The position numbers and the translations under genes are program-made. Shown in pieces: positions 27,385-35,730 of a DNA stretch of 53,391 nt; the first letter of the stretch is position 1, and each line of letters opens with the position of its first letter. The notes below the pieces were generated by a model that was not told the DNA's origin, ran no database searches, and saw only the letters and a list, made by a program, of their open reading frames with translations. Source of the stretch: Parcubacteria group bacterium (GTDB lineage: Bacteria; Patescibacteriota; JABMPQ01); contig JABMPQ010000038.1 of NCBI GenBank assembly GCA_013202585.1, positions 1-53,391 on the forward strand, read 5' to 3'.

Positions 27385-28892
27385 GCTGCTACTGCTTCAA
27401 GCTCTGCCTCCGGTAGAGAATGAAATGCGACTACGGTAATATCATCATCGTGTGAGCGAGAATCGCCTTCATTTTGAGCAACTTTATAGGCTGCTTCGGC
27501 TATTTTGCGCGGCAATTCTTCGGTGTCTGGCGTATTCGATACTATCTCAAGAACCTGAGCTTGACTAAGATTATCTCGGCCGTCAGTACTGATCAAATAA
27601 ATGTCACCATCCTTAATTTCTTCATCAAAAAAGTGGGGTTGAACTCTATAATCCATCTCTATTGTCCCATCCTCTTTTTTAGTGGCAACACCCTCCCCAT
27701 CTAATGCTTTAGTAGCGGCGGCACTAAGATCCTTTACGCGTTCCGGACTTTTACCACCGAGCATGCTCTTTAGGGGCTCCATCTGAAACCTGTCGCCCTC
27801 ATAAAGCCATTGGAGTACTTCTGGCGGTAAGGCATCTTCCGGATTATCTTCATTAACTTCAGAGATAGGAGGTTTGCCAGCAGCAACTCTTTCTTTGTTA
27901 ACATATCCCACGATAGATCTAATAAGTGTGTCTTTTTCGGTGGTGAGCTCCCTAATCTGCCCTTCTCTGACGAGATCTCCTCTGCTATCACCGATAGAAG
28001 CTCCTAATATGTGCCTCTTTCCATCTGTACCACGATATTCGTGCGCCATGACGGCAGTGGTTTTCATACCTTGCATTGTATCCTTCATTTTATTTTCGGC
28101 ACGCATCTTGGCTATCTTGGCTTCGGCTTCTTTTTTCATCCTTGCTCCTTCTGTCTGTATTTTTTGCTCTGCTTCTTGTTGAGCTCTAGCATAAGACTCT
28201 CGAAAAGCAGCCATTCTTTTTTCACCAGCAGTTCCACTAGCTTTTTTTTGTACATCACTAGCTAGATCCTTAATTCTATCAACATAAGCTTTCTCAGTCT
28301 TAATCATTTTGTTGTATCTCTCATTGACCAAAACCATCTCTCTGGTAATTTCATCCTCAATCCTGGCTGTCTCTTCTTTTCTACTATTATCTATGGCCTT
28401 ATTCGCACCAGCCATAGCTGCTAGCAAAGCTTTTTCTACTTCTTCCCGCGAAGAGTTTACAGTAATCCCTTTTTGTTCCATCTCTGAGCGAAAAGATTCG
28501 GTTGTCAAAAAACTAGCGATATCACCGCCACCGTGACTACCCATGCCATCAGCCACACAAACACTACCATTGCCATTAAAGAAAGAGTCTTCATTTCTTT
28601 CATGTTTAGCAGACGCTATCGAATGACCTTCTACTGCCGGACCCAGTTTCTCCTTTTCTTGACCAACGTCCTTGTTGTCTCTTATTGTTTCATCTTCTCG
28701 AGAAGGCAGAGTATTATCAACGACCAGCCTGGGTTTTTCCCAAATTTTGGTTTTATCGGGATCTTCTTGTTGCGGACTTTCCTGCCCTGGATTCCACCGC
28801 ACTCTAGTGGGTCCATCATCATATTTTTCTTTGACCCGAGATACTTCTGGCATATTATATGTATTATAATTACTATGTCTCCATTCTATCAC
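27381..28892 (-). CDS. PP2C-family Ser/Thr phosphatase with an N-terminal extension and a large internal coiled-coil insertion
   Basis: PPM motifs in order: NEDSF, VADGMGSHGGG, GMKTTAV, IGDSRG, ISTDGRDNL, DDITVVAF. Confidence 0.8.
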   Translation of the reverse strand: MIEWRHSNYNTYNMPEVSRVKEKYDDGPTRVRWNPGQESPQQEDPDKTKIWEKPRLVVDNTLPSREDETIRDNKDVGQEKEKLGPAVEGHSIASAKHERNEDSFFNGNGSVCVADGMGSHGGGDIASFLTTESFRSEMEQKGITVNSSREEVEKALLAAMAGANKAIDNSRKEETARIEDEITREMVLVNERYNKMIKTEKAYVDRIKDLASDVQKKASGTAGEKRMAAFRESYARAQQEAEQKIQTEGARMKKEAEAKIAKMRAENKMKDTMQGMKTTAVMAHEYRGTDGKRHILGASIGDSRGDLVREGQIRELTTEKDTLIRSIVGYVNKERVAAGKPPISEVNEDNPEDALPPEVLQWLYEGDRFQMEPLKSMLGGKSPERVKDLSAAATKALDGEGVATKKEDGTIEMDYRVQPHFFDEEIKDGDIYLISTDGRDNLSQAQVLEIVSNTPDTEELPRKIAEAAYKVAQNEGDSRSHDDDITVVAFHSLPEAELEAVAA

Positions 28893-28950
28893 ATATTCTT
28901 AGAAAAGTCAAGGTTGCCGTCTTTTCTGACGTACCAAAGCGGTAATCTAC

Positions 28951-30294
28951 CTACAATACCTTCCCAATCGCCTCTTTAACTGTATCTACCATTAATATCT
29001 CACAGTCCCTTTCTTTGGGCTGATCTTTTGTTTTAGGTAGCAATATCTTCTTAAAGCCTAGCTTTTTAGCTTCGCTGATTCTTCTGGTTAGTTGCGAGAT
29101 AGACCGCACTTCCCCGGCTAGTCCAACTTCACCTAAAACAATCATCTCTGGGTCTAAGGTTTTATTTAAGAACGACGAGGCCACCGAAAGACACACAGCC
29201 AAATCAACAGCTGGTTCTTTGATTTTAAAACCACCGACAATATTCAAATAGACGTCACGGTCGTGTAGTTTCAACCCCGCCCGTTTAGTTAGAACCGCTA
29301 TCAGCAACTGAAGGCGATTAACATCATAACCAGAAGCCGTCCGCTTGGGATAACCAAATACTGTGCGTGACGTCAGACCTTGCACTTCGACCAGAAAAGA
29401 ACGATTACCTTCCAAAGTAGCGGTAACTACTGAACCCGGCGCGCCCACTTTGCGCTCCGCCAAAAACAAGCCAGCTGGATTTTTGACCTCTACTAAGCCA
29501 TTTTCTTTCATTTCGAAAACACCGACCTCATTAGTCGAGCCAAATCTATTTTTCACGCTGCGCAAGATGCGAAAAGAATGATAACGATCACCTTCTAAAT
29601 ACAAAACCACGTCTACCAAATGCTCCAACGTCTTCGGTCCCGCCACATTGCCTTCCTTAGTAACATGACCAACCAAGATGATTGGGATATTATACGATTT
29701 AGCCAGCTCGATCAATTTGTAAGCAGCTTCACGGACTTGAGTGATGCTGCCTGCCATCGAAGAAATATCGCCGGACAGCATTGTCTGAATGGAATCAATA
29801 ATGACCAGGCCCGGCTTGTTCTCTCTGATCGTAGTAGTGATATTGTCAACGTTCATCTCCGACAAAAAACGTAGTTGATCAGTTTTAACTCCCAGTCGCT
29901 GTGCCCGCATCTGTATCTGTTCGGCTGATTCTTCGCCCGACACGTATAGCACCGACGGCGCCTGATTAGCACAACCAGCCTGCAATAATAAAGTTGACTT
30001 ACCAATTCCCGGCTCTCCGCCAAGCAAAATAACTGAGCCGGGTACAATACCACCCCCCAACACTTGATTAAGTTCAACAATACCCGTGCCTATCCTTTTG
30101 CCGGCAACACCGCCAGTCTTGGCCAAAGCTACTGGCTTAATAGCTTGACCCGATCTCGCCCGACTAGTGGCCGGCTCCGACTTGCTTTCAGCGGCCAAGC
30201 AATTCCACTCACCGCAAGCCTCACATTTCCCACTCCAACGCAAAAACTCCGCCCCGCATTTCTGACAAACGTAAGTTTTGCCTGATTTGGCCAT
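28951..30294 (-). CDS. radA: DNA repair protein RadA/Sms
   Basis: N-terminal Zn finger CQKCGAEFLRWSGKCEACGEWN, Walker A GGEPGIGKSTLLLQ, KNRFG motif, Lon-like C-terminal domain. Confidence 0.95.
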   Translation of the reverse strand: MAKSGKTYVCQKCGAEFLRWSGKCEACGEWNCLAAESKSEPATSRARSGQAIKPVALAKTGGVAGKRIGTGIVELNQVLGGGIVPGSVILLGGEPGIGKSTLLLQAGCANQAPSVLYVSGEESAEQIQMRAQRLGVKTDQLRFLSEMNVDNITTTIRENKPGLVIIDSIQTMLSGDISSMAGSITQVREAAYKLIELAKSYNIPIILVGHVTKEGNVAGPKTLEHLVDVVLYLEGDRYHSFRILRSVKNRFGSTNEVGVFEMKENGLVEVKNPAGLFLAERKVGAPGSVVTATLEGNRSFLVEVQGLTSRTVFGYPKRTASGYDVNRLQLLIAVLTKRAGLKLHDRDVYLNIVGGFKIKEPAVDLAVCLSVASSFLNKTLDPEMIVLGEVGLAGEVRSISQLTRRISEAKKLGFKKILLPKTKDQPKERDCEILMVDTVKEAIGKVL

Positions 30295-30359
30295 AATAGT
30301 TTTCTTTAGTTCATTTAGTATAGCTGAGAAAAATTAAGCCGTCAAAATTAACTAACTAC

Positions 30360-30388
30360 AAAAAATCCCCCATTAATTAACAGGGGAC
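30360..30388 (-). terminator. rho-independent terminator closing the T4SS-like operon
   Basis: Minus strand: gtcccc-tgttaattaat-ggggat followed by ttttt, located 25-50 nt after the stop of ORF 30413..31603. Confidence 0.6.
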
Positions 30389-30412
30389 AAATCAAAGGCT
30401 ATTTCTAGACGC

Positions 30413-31603
30413 CTATTCCCAAGCCACCAAATCGACCGAATATAAATTCAAATCAAGGAAATTGATAAAATAGAGTTTGGTTTCGTCTGCGCTAAGAAAC
30501 ATCTCCTTGACGCCAATGTCAGGATTCTCAGCAACCACACTAACCAGCTGCTCATCGTCACCACTGGCTAAGTCTAACCGCCAGATACTTTCCAAAGTCA
30601 TATAATTAAGATTGCCCTCGCTTTCTTCCAAATCAACTAGTTCGCCATAGGTGTAATAAATTGACTTATCCTCTGATCCCCATAGCGCCTGCTCTATGTA
30701 GGCATTCCCCAAATTGATGTCTTGACGATTGTCACCATTGTTATCAATTATAAAAAGCTGCGGCTGACTGTCGTCGCCGTAAGTCTCGCAAAGTAATTTT
30801 TGACCAGTGGGAGAAATCAAAACGGCTGTTATGCCGCTAATTACCTGCTTGACTTTCTGTTCGCTGAAATCGTAACGGTAGAGGGCTCTAGCTTCGTTGT
30901 CTTCATAAAAATAGTATAAGTTATTGTCGGCATAGCCTACAAACTCCACCTCGGCCAACTCCGACGCTGAATCTAAAGTCACCAAATTCTCCCAATCAGA
31001 GCCATTGGCGTTGGCTCGCGAAATATAGTTTGTTTCTAGGTCTTCATCGAAATAATGGTAAGCAATCTTATTGTTGTCTAGCCAGGTAATATCAACATAT
31101 TTTTCACTCAGAATTAACGACTCTCGGGTATTGAAATCAAGCAATATTTTATTATGCGGAGCCAGCCGACTAAAAATAGCTTTTTGTTGCTCTGATTCTG
31201 TTGTTTCCTCTTCGCCCTTGCCATCATAAACAACAGCTGCTCGACCATCCAGTGACCAACGAACATCCAAAATATCAGTAAGCTCTTGGAAAGGCAGTAG
31301 AGATGTTCTCTTGCCATCGATCAAATCGAATTGATACAAATCGTTTGTATCCAGAGATTGATAGTAAAATGCTTGCTCGGCGGGAATAAACTTAGTTTGA
31401 GTGACAGCTTCATTTATTTCCCGCACAATACTAATCGATTCACTAGCCACCAGACCCTCTATTTTCGTTTGTTCTTCGACATTTGCCATCTTAATCGCTT
31501 GACGGGGCAGCCACCAATAATTAATTATTAAAAACGCTGTGAAAATAATCACGTTAGCAACAACGATAGCGATAAATAATTTTTTCTTGGTAGTTGACTC
31601 CAT
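30413..31603 (-). CDS. N-terminally anchored beta-propeller protein (TolB/PD40-like repeats), hypothetical
   Basis: N-terminal TM (LFIAIVVANVIIFTAFLIINYWW), then repeated strands of the type LYxxDLxxGxxxxL (DLYQFDLIDGKRTSL, ALYRYDFSEQKVKQV, LFIIDNNGDNRQDI, NLYSVDL). Confidence 0.65.
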   Translation of the reverse strand: MESTTKKKLFIAIVVANVIIFTAFLIINYWWLPRQAIKMANVEEQTKIEGLVASESISIVREINEAVTQTKFIPAEQAFYYQSLDTNDLYQFDLIDGKRTSLLPFQELTDILDVRWSLDGRAAVVYDGKGEEETTESEQQKAIFSRLAPHNKILLDFNTRESLILSEKYVDITWLDNNKIAYHYFDEDLETNYISRANANGSDWENLVTLDSASELAEVEFVGYADNNLYYFYEDNEARALYRYDFSEQKVKQVISGITAVLISPTGQKLLCETYGDDSQPQLFIIDNNGDNRQDINLGNAYIEQALWGSEDKSIYYTYGELVDLEESEGNLNYMTLESIWRLDLASGDDEQLVSVVAENPDIGVKEMFLSADETKLYFINFLDLNLYSVDLVAWE

Positions 31604-31606
31604 AGT

Positions 31607-33502
31607 TTATTTCATTTTAGGGGTCTCAGTTTTGCCGCCCGATTCCTCGCAATATTTCCGTTGAAATTTAGCTGCCTTGTATATATATTTAATTGATCCT
31701 GAATGACACCAAGATGGTTTAGTAGTAGAGGAAGTGCAATTTTTCGCGCCAGAGTTATAGGCTCCAGCTGCCACTGATAAATGATTGCCACAACTTTTTA
31801 GCGTCCTTTTGAGAAAATAAATACCCATATCAACGGCGTCTTCAATATTATTATCAAACCACTTCTTGCATACTGTTGGATACTTTTCACAGACAGAGCG
31901 GCCCGGTTTGATCGTGCAACAGTTCGTATTAATCGTAGACCTTTTGTAGCTACCACAATAGGTTTTTGCTGTGTCGGGATTATATTTTCCAGAAAACTTA
32001 AGTGGCTCTTTTGTACAGATAGCGGGAACAGCCTTGCCGGAAGGTGGCTTCCAAACTCTAAAAATATAAGACGCCGTACTCGGTTGAAATTGCATAATAC
32101 CATAAGCACCCGTTACCGATTCAACGTTATAGTCTTTTCCTAGGCCAGTCTCCACCAGCATAATGGCCTTTACGTAAGTAGAATCCAGTCCTTGTCGATT
32201 AGCGGCAGCAATGATTGCCCCGTCCCACTTGTGCTTTGGCACTAACTCCTTATCACACTTCTTAATATCCGGAACTGGCACTGGACAAGCACCCACTGTC
32301 TGAAAACCGGCCGTACAACACCATTTGTCGTTCAAACCCAAAACATCATCATATTTCCCATTGATACAAGAAGTTCCACTACCACACTTAGCTTCTTTGC
32401 TTTCGCAATCGGACTGACTAGAATATGATTCAAGATAATCACAGACATTAATGGGAGTACTATCCGATCCGCCGCCAGTCACCATCTTGAGCACAGGAAT
32501 TTCAATTTTACACTCCAGCAAATACGGATTCAACACCATAAACCCAACATACGCCGTCATAGCTATAAATAAGCCAGTTAAGGCGCCACCGATCAAGTCC
32601 TTGGCCTTAGTCAGTTTGGCCGAATCACCAGCTGACGCTAGCCACACCACACCACCCAAAATGATAACTAGCATGGCTAACCCACCAGCAATTTTAATGG
32701 CAAAATCAAATATTTTCTTCCAGTAATCGCAAACATCTTTAACTTCACCAAAAAAGCCGGAAGTAAAATTAGTTGGGACTGATTCAGGAGTACCGAAAGT
32801 AACTGAATCACCAGCGTCTTTAGCACTAATCACCGGACAAGCGTCAGCCGGATGAGGGGTACTTTTTGTACCTGCTGGTAAGATATCAACAGCTGACTTG
32901 ACCGCTTTGGCGATAATACCATAGCCCGTACCGGTAAGATGTAAACCATCTTTACCAGTATTGGCTGCATACCCTGGCTTTTTCGGATCTTCGAGGATAG
33001 AGTAGGCGTCTACAACTTTACTGGCTCCGACACTACCCAATTTGCTATTTACATCTTTAGTTTTTTGTTTGATTTTGTCAGTGGATTTAGAATTCCCGCC
33101 CGAAGGAGAAACATTAACCACAATGACATTACCAGCCCCGGCACTCTTGGCCTTACTAACCATGCTTTTGACACTGCTGACAATGTTATCAGTGCCGACA
33201 CTACTATAAATATCATTAATTCCTGCCCAGATAACCACAGTATGAAATTCGCCGCCGCCACACTTTAAAAACCCATCAAATTTACCATTCAAATTTTTTG
33301 CCTGCCACCCACCATAGACCTGAGCAGTATAGGAATTACTCTTGTCGCTACTTCTCAACACTGGGCTATATCCCACCGACAAAGAATCACCTACCAATAA
33401 AACCTTTTTACTAGCTGTATCCGCCGGACTAGCAAAAGCCAGTAGCCCCAAAGCCACTGCGGTGAAAACAACAAATTTAAAATATTTTTTGGGAGTAAAC
33501 AT
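31607..33502 (-). CDS. multidomain exported protein: SGNH/GDSL hydrolase + VirB2/TrbC-like two-TM pilin module + Cys-rich region + lytic transglycosylase (SLT, VirB1-like)
   Basis: SGNH blocks LLVGDSLSVGY, GINDIY, DGLHLT. Pilin-like hairpin IAGGLAMLVIILGGVVWLASAGDSAKLTKAKDLIGGALTGLFIAMTAYVGFMVLNPYLLE. SLT motif MLVETG...GAYGIMQFQPSTA. Start set to MFTPKK (33502). Confidence 0.75.
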   Translation of the reverse strand: MFTPKKYFKFVVFTAVALGLLAFASPADTASKKVLLVGDSLSVGYSPVLRSSDKSNSYTAQVYGGWQAKNLNGKFDGFLKCGGGEFHTVVIWAGINDIYSSVGTDNIVSSVKSMVSKAKSAGAGNVIVVNVSPSGGNSKSTDKIKQKTKDVNSKLGSVGASKVVDAYSILEDPKKPGYAANTGKDGLHLTGTGYGIIAKAVKSAVDILPAGTKSTPHPADACPVISAKDAGDSVTFGTPESVPTNFTSGFFGEVKDVCDYWKKIFDFAIKIAGGLAMLVIILGGVVWLASAGDSAKLTKAKDLIGGALTGLFIAMTAYVGFMVLNPYLLECKIEIPVLKMVTGGGSDSTPINVCDYLESYSSQSDCESKEAKCGSGTSCINGKYDDVLGLNDKWCCTAGFQTVGACPVPVPDIKKCDKELVPKHKWDGAIIAAANRQGLDSTYVKAIMLVETGLGKDYNVESVTGAYGIMQFQPSTASYIFRVWKPPSGKAVPAICTKEPLKFSGKYNPDTAKTYCGSYKRSTINTNCCTIKPGRSVCEKYPTVCKKWFDNNIEDAVDMGIYFLKRTLKSCGNHLSVAAGAYNSGAKNCTSSTTKPSWCHSGSIKYIYKAAKFQRKYCEESGGKTETPKMK

Positions 33503-33589
33503 AGTAATCGCTAAACAAGGCGACCTAAGGAGGCTGTTACCAGACACCTCAAGCCGCCTTGCAGGATAAACTTATTATCTATTGGCTAA

Positions 33590-34909
33590 CTATTCCTTCT
33601 CCTCAATCATCCCCTGAGGAATATTCAAGGCGTATGTTTTATTATCGATACGATTTTTGAAATAGAATATCTTGCCATCACTGGAAACAGAACCTTTGTC
33701 ACTGACATCAACATCAAAAGTATCGCCGAAATAATCAGAAGCAGCTATTAGATCTATGGCCAAGGTTTCGGTGTCAATTTTATAAAAGGCATCAGTGGAA
33801 ATAAAATTCTCTTCGCGATAATCATTAGGCATAACCATATTGTTTGGCCAAAAATCTGGTACCCCACAGTAAACTGTTTTATTATCTTTAGCCCAAGCGC
33901 ATTTACTCACCAAGGTGTCAATTTCCAAATAACGCGGTGCGCTTAGACCGATTCTGTCCATGATATACAGGCCCAATTTGCGTGGGTTCTTCACATCTGA
34001 CTGGTTGAATATAACTTTGCTTTTGTCTGGCGATCGTCCATTCTTAGAATTAGCACCATACTGTTCACCTACCACAGTTCGATACGAGTCATCATCAGTC
34101 CTGACTATTGTTTGAATATTTCTTTCTTCGTAACCAGTAGCTTTTTTAGGGTCAACTACAATAGCTACTTCTTTTTCCCCAATCCAGTCTAGTTTTATAT
34201 CAGATCGGGAATAATGATAAAGTGATTGATAATTGCCGGTATCATAAGGATCAGCGACGGAAATATTGGAAATATCATTCTCCTCATCTTTGTAAATATA
34301 AGCAATCTGGCTTTGGTCAGGGGAAAGAGTGACGGACTGAAATTTCTTATCGTATTCAACAGTTTCTTGAGTTTGGAGGTCAAAAATAGCATATTCTTTG
34401 TCTTGACCGTCATTGTCTGAGAAAGCGATTACGGCCTTATCCTTATTAGGAGACCATTCGAGTTCGTAAACATTTTGAAAATTGGCAGAAGTGATCGCTT
34501 CCTGGTTGTTGCCATCGAGATCAGACATATAAAGTTCGCCCTTAGCCGGATCATAGTAGTAAAGATTATTACCATCGGGGGATAGAGTGGTGGACATGGC
34601 ATCATCCTCGATAACAGCTCTGACCGTAGCCTCGTCAATTTCGATGGGCTCTATTTCCTCACCTTCCTCGAGGGCTAACCGTCGGTCTTCTTCGATCTTG
34701 GCAATTTTTTCTTCCAAGGTCGTCCCCTTTTCTACCTCTTCCTCAGTCAACTCGAGACGCACTTTCTCTTCGGAAGTAACTTTGGCTTCTTCCGGAATCT
34801 CGTCAGCCGTTGGCTTCTTAATTAGTGAAGTATAAACAAACCAGCCAGCCACCGCTAAGACTACGACCGCGATTGAGGCAATGATAATGATTTTTGTTTT
34901 ATTAGTCAT
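33590..34909 (-). CDS. N-terminally anchored beta-propeller protein (PD40-like repeats), paralogous in architecture to 30413..31603
   Basis: TM (IIIIASIAVVVLAVAGWFVY), an acidic coiled linker, then repeats such as LSPDGNNLYYYDPAKGELYMSDLDGNNQEAIT, WSPNKDKAVIAF and LSPDQSQIAYIY. Confidence 0.7.
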   Translation of the reverse strand: MTNKTKIIIIASIAVVVLAVAGWFVYTSLIKKPTADEIPEEAKVTSEEKVRLELTEEEVEKGTTLEEKIAKIEEDRRLALEEGEEIEPIEIDEATVRAVIEDDAMSTTLSPDGNNLYYYDPAKGELYMSDLDGNNQEAITSANFQNVYELEWSPNKDKAVIAFSDNDGQDKEYAIFDLQTQETVEYDKKFQSVTLSPDQSQIAYIYKDEENDISNISVADPYDTGNYQSLYHYSRSDIKLDWIGEKEVAIVVDPKKATGYEERNIQTIVRTDDDSYRTVVGEQYGANSKNGRSPDKSKVIFNQSDVKNPRKLGLYIMDRIGLSAPRYLEIDTLVSKCAWAKDNKTVYCGVPDFWPNNMVMPNDYREENFISTDAFYKIDTETLAIDLIAASDYFGDTFDVDVSDKGSVSSDGKIFYFKNRIDNKTYALNIPQGMIEEKE

Positions 34910-34953
34910 GTTTTTTTTATTTGCGTGGTAAGGAGACGTTTATTACTAAGTTT

Positions 34954-35727
34954 CTATATTTCTTCGCAAGTTGATATATTAACGCCACCGAAACCGGCAA
35001 CCCTGTCTACTATATTAATAAGGGTAAAGCCAAACACGCCTGCTGACTTCTTACCTACATCTTTGCACTTGGTGCCTGGCGGACATTTTTGGGGGAAACT
35101 AATGCCACCATACCCTGTCTTTGTGTTACAGGCGTTACTAGTGCTTGAGTTCTGCCAGCCTGAACCATAAGCAGCTATGCCACACACATCGCCTTCTTTG
35201 GCATAGCAATACCCCTTAATACATTGGGTCTTTATAGATTCTTTACGTTTCTCATCCTTGCCCGCAGTACATTCATAAATGTAAAGATCAAAACCTTTGC
35301 ACTCACTCGCACTGGAACATTTTTTGGCATTATCACCCCACTTATCATCTGCTTCCGACGTCGCTTGTTGCATATCCGGCACTTTAATATTAAGCTCAAC
35401 TAATCGAGGATCCAAGGTTCGCAGGATAACGTACGAGCCCATCACTAGAACCAGACCAATCAGCGCTCCGGCAAACATCTCCTTGGCCTTAGTCACATGC
35501 TCTTCATTGCCAGAAGAACGCATATAATTTACTCCGGCCAACACAAGCGCACCCATCGCCACTGCTCCGACAATAGACGATCCAAATATGTAAAATGTTT
35601 TTACATACTGAGTAACATCGCTACTTTCACCAAAAAATCCAGCTGCTCCAAACACGCGCGCTGGAATTAACAACAACAGCCCCAAAAGCATCCCAGCCAA
35701 TTTGTAAAAATGTCGAAACATAGTCAC
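34954..35727 (-). CDS. VirB2/TrbC-like T4SS pilin module fused to a C-terminal Cys-rich ectodomain
   Basis: Signal peptide, then the two-TM hairpin IVGAVAMGALVLAGVNYMRSSGNEEHVTKAKEMFAGALIGLVLVMGSYVILRTLDPRLVE. It shares the pattern TKAK(E/D)..GAL.GL ... L(D/N)P.L.E with the module in ORF 31607..33502. The C-terminal 130 aa have 12 Cys. Confidence 0.65.
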   Translation of the reverse strand: MTMFRHFYKLAGMLLGLLLLIPARVFGAAGFFGESSDVTQYVKTFYIFGSSIVGAVAMGALVLAGVNYMRSSGNEEHVTKAKEMFAGALIGLVLVMGSYVILRTLDPRLVELNIKVPDMQQATSEADDKWGDNAKKCSSASECKGFDLYIYECTAGKDEKRKESIKTQCIKGYCYAKEGDVCGIAAYGSGWQNSSTSNACNTKTGYGGISFPQKCPPGTKCKDVGKKSAGVFGFTLINIVDRVAGFGGVNISTCEEI

Positions 35728-35730
35728 TAA

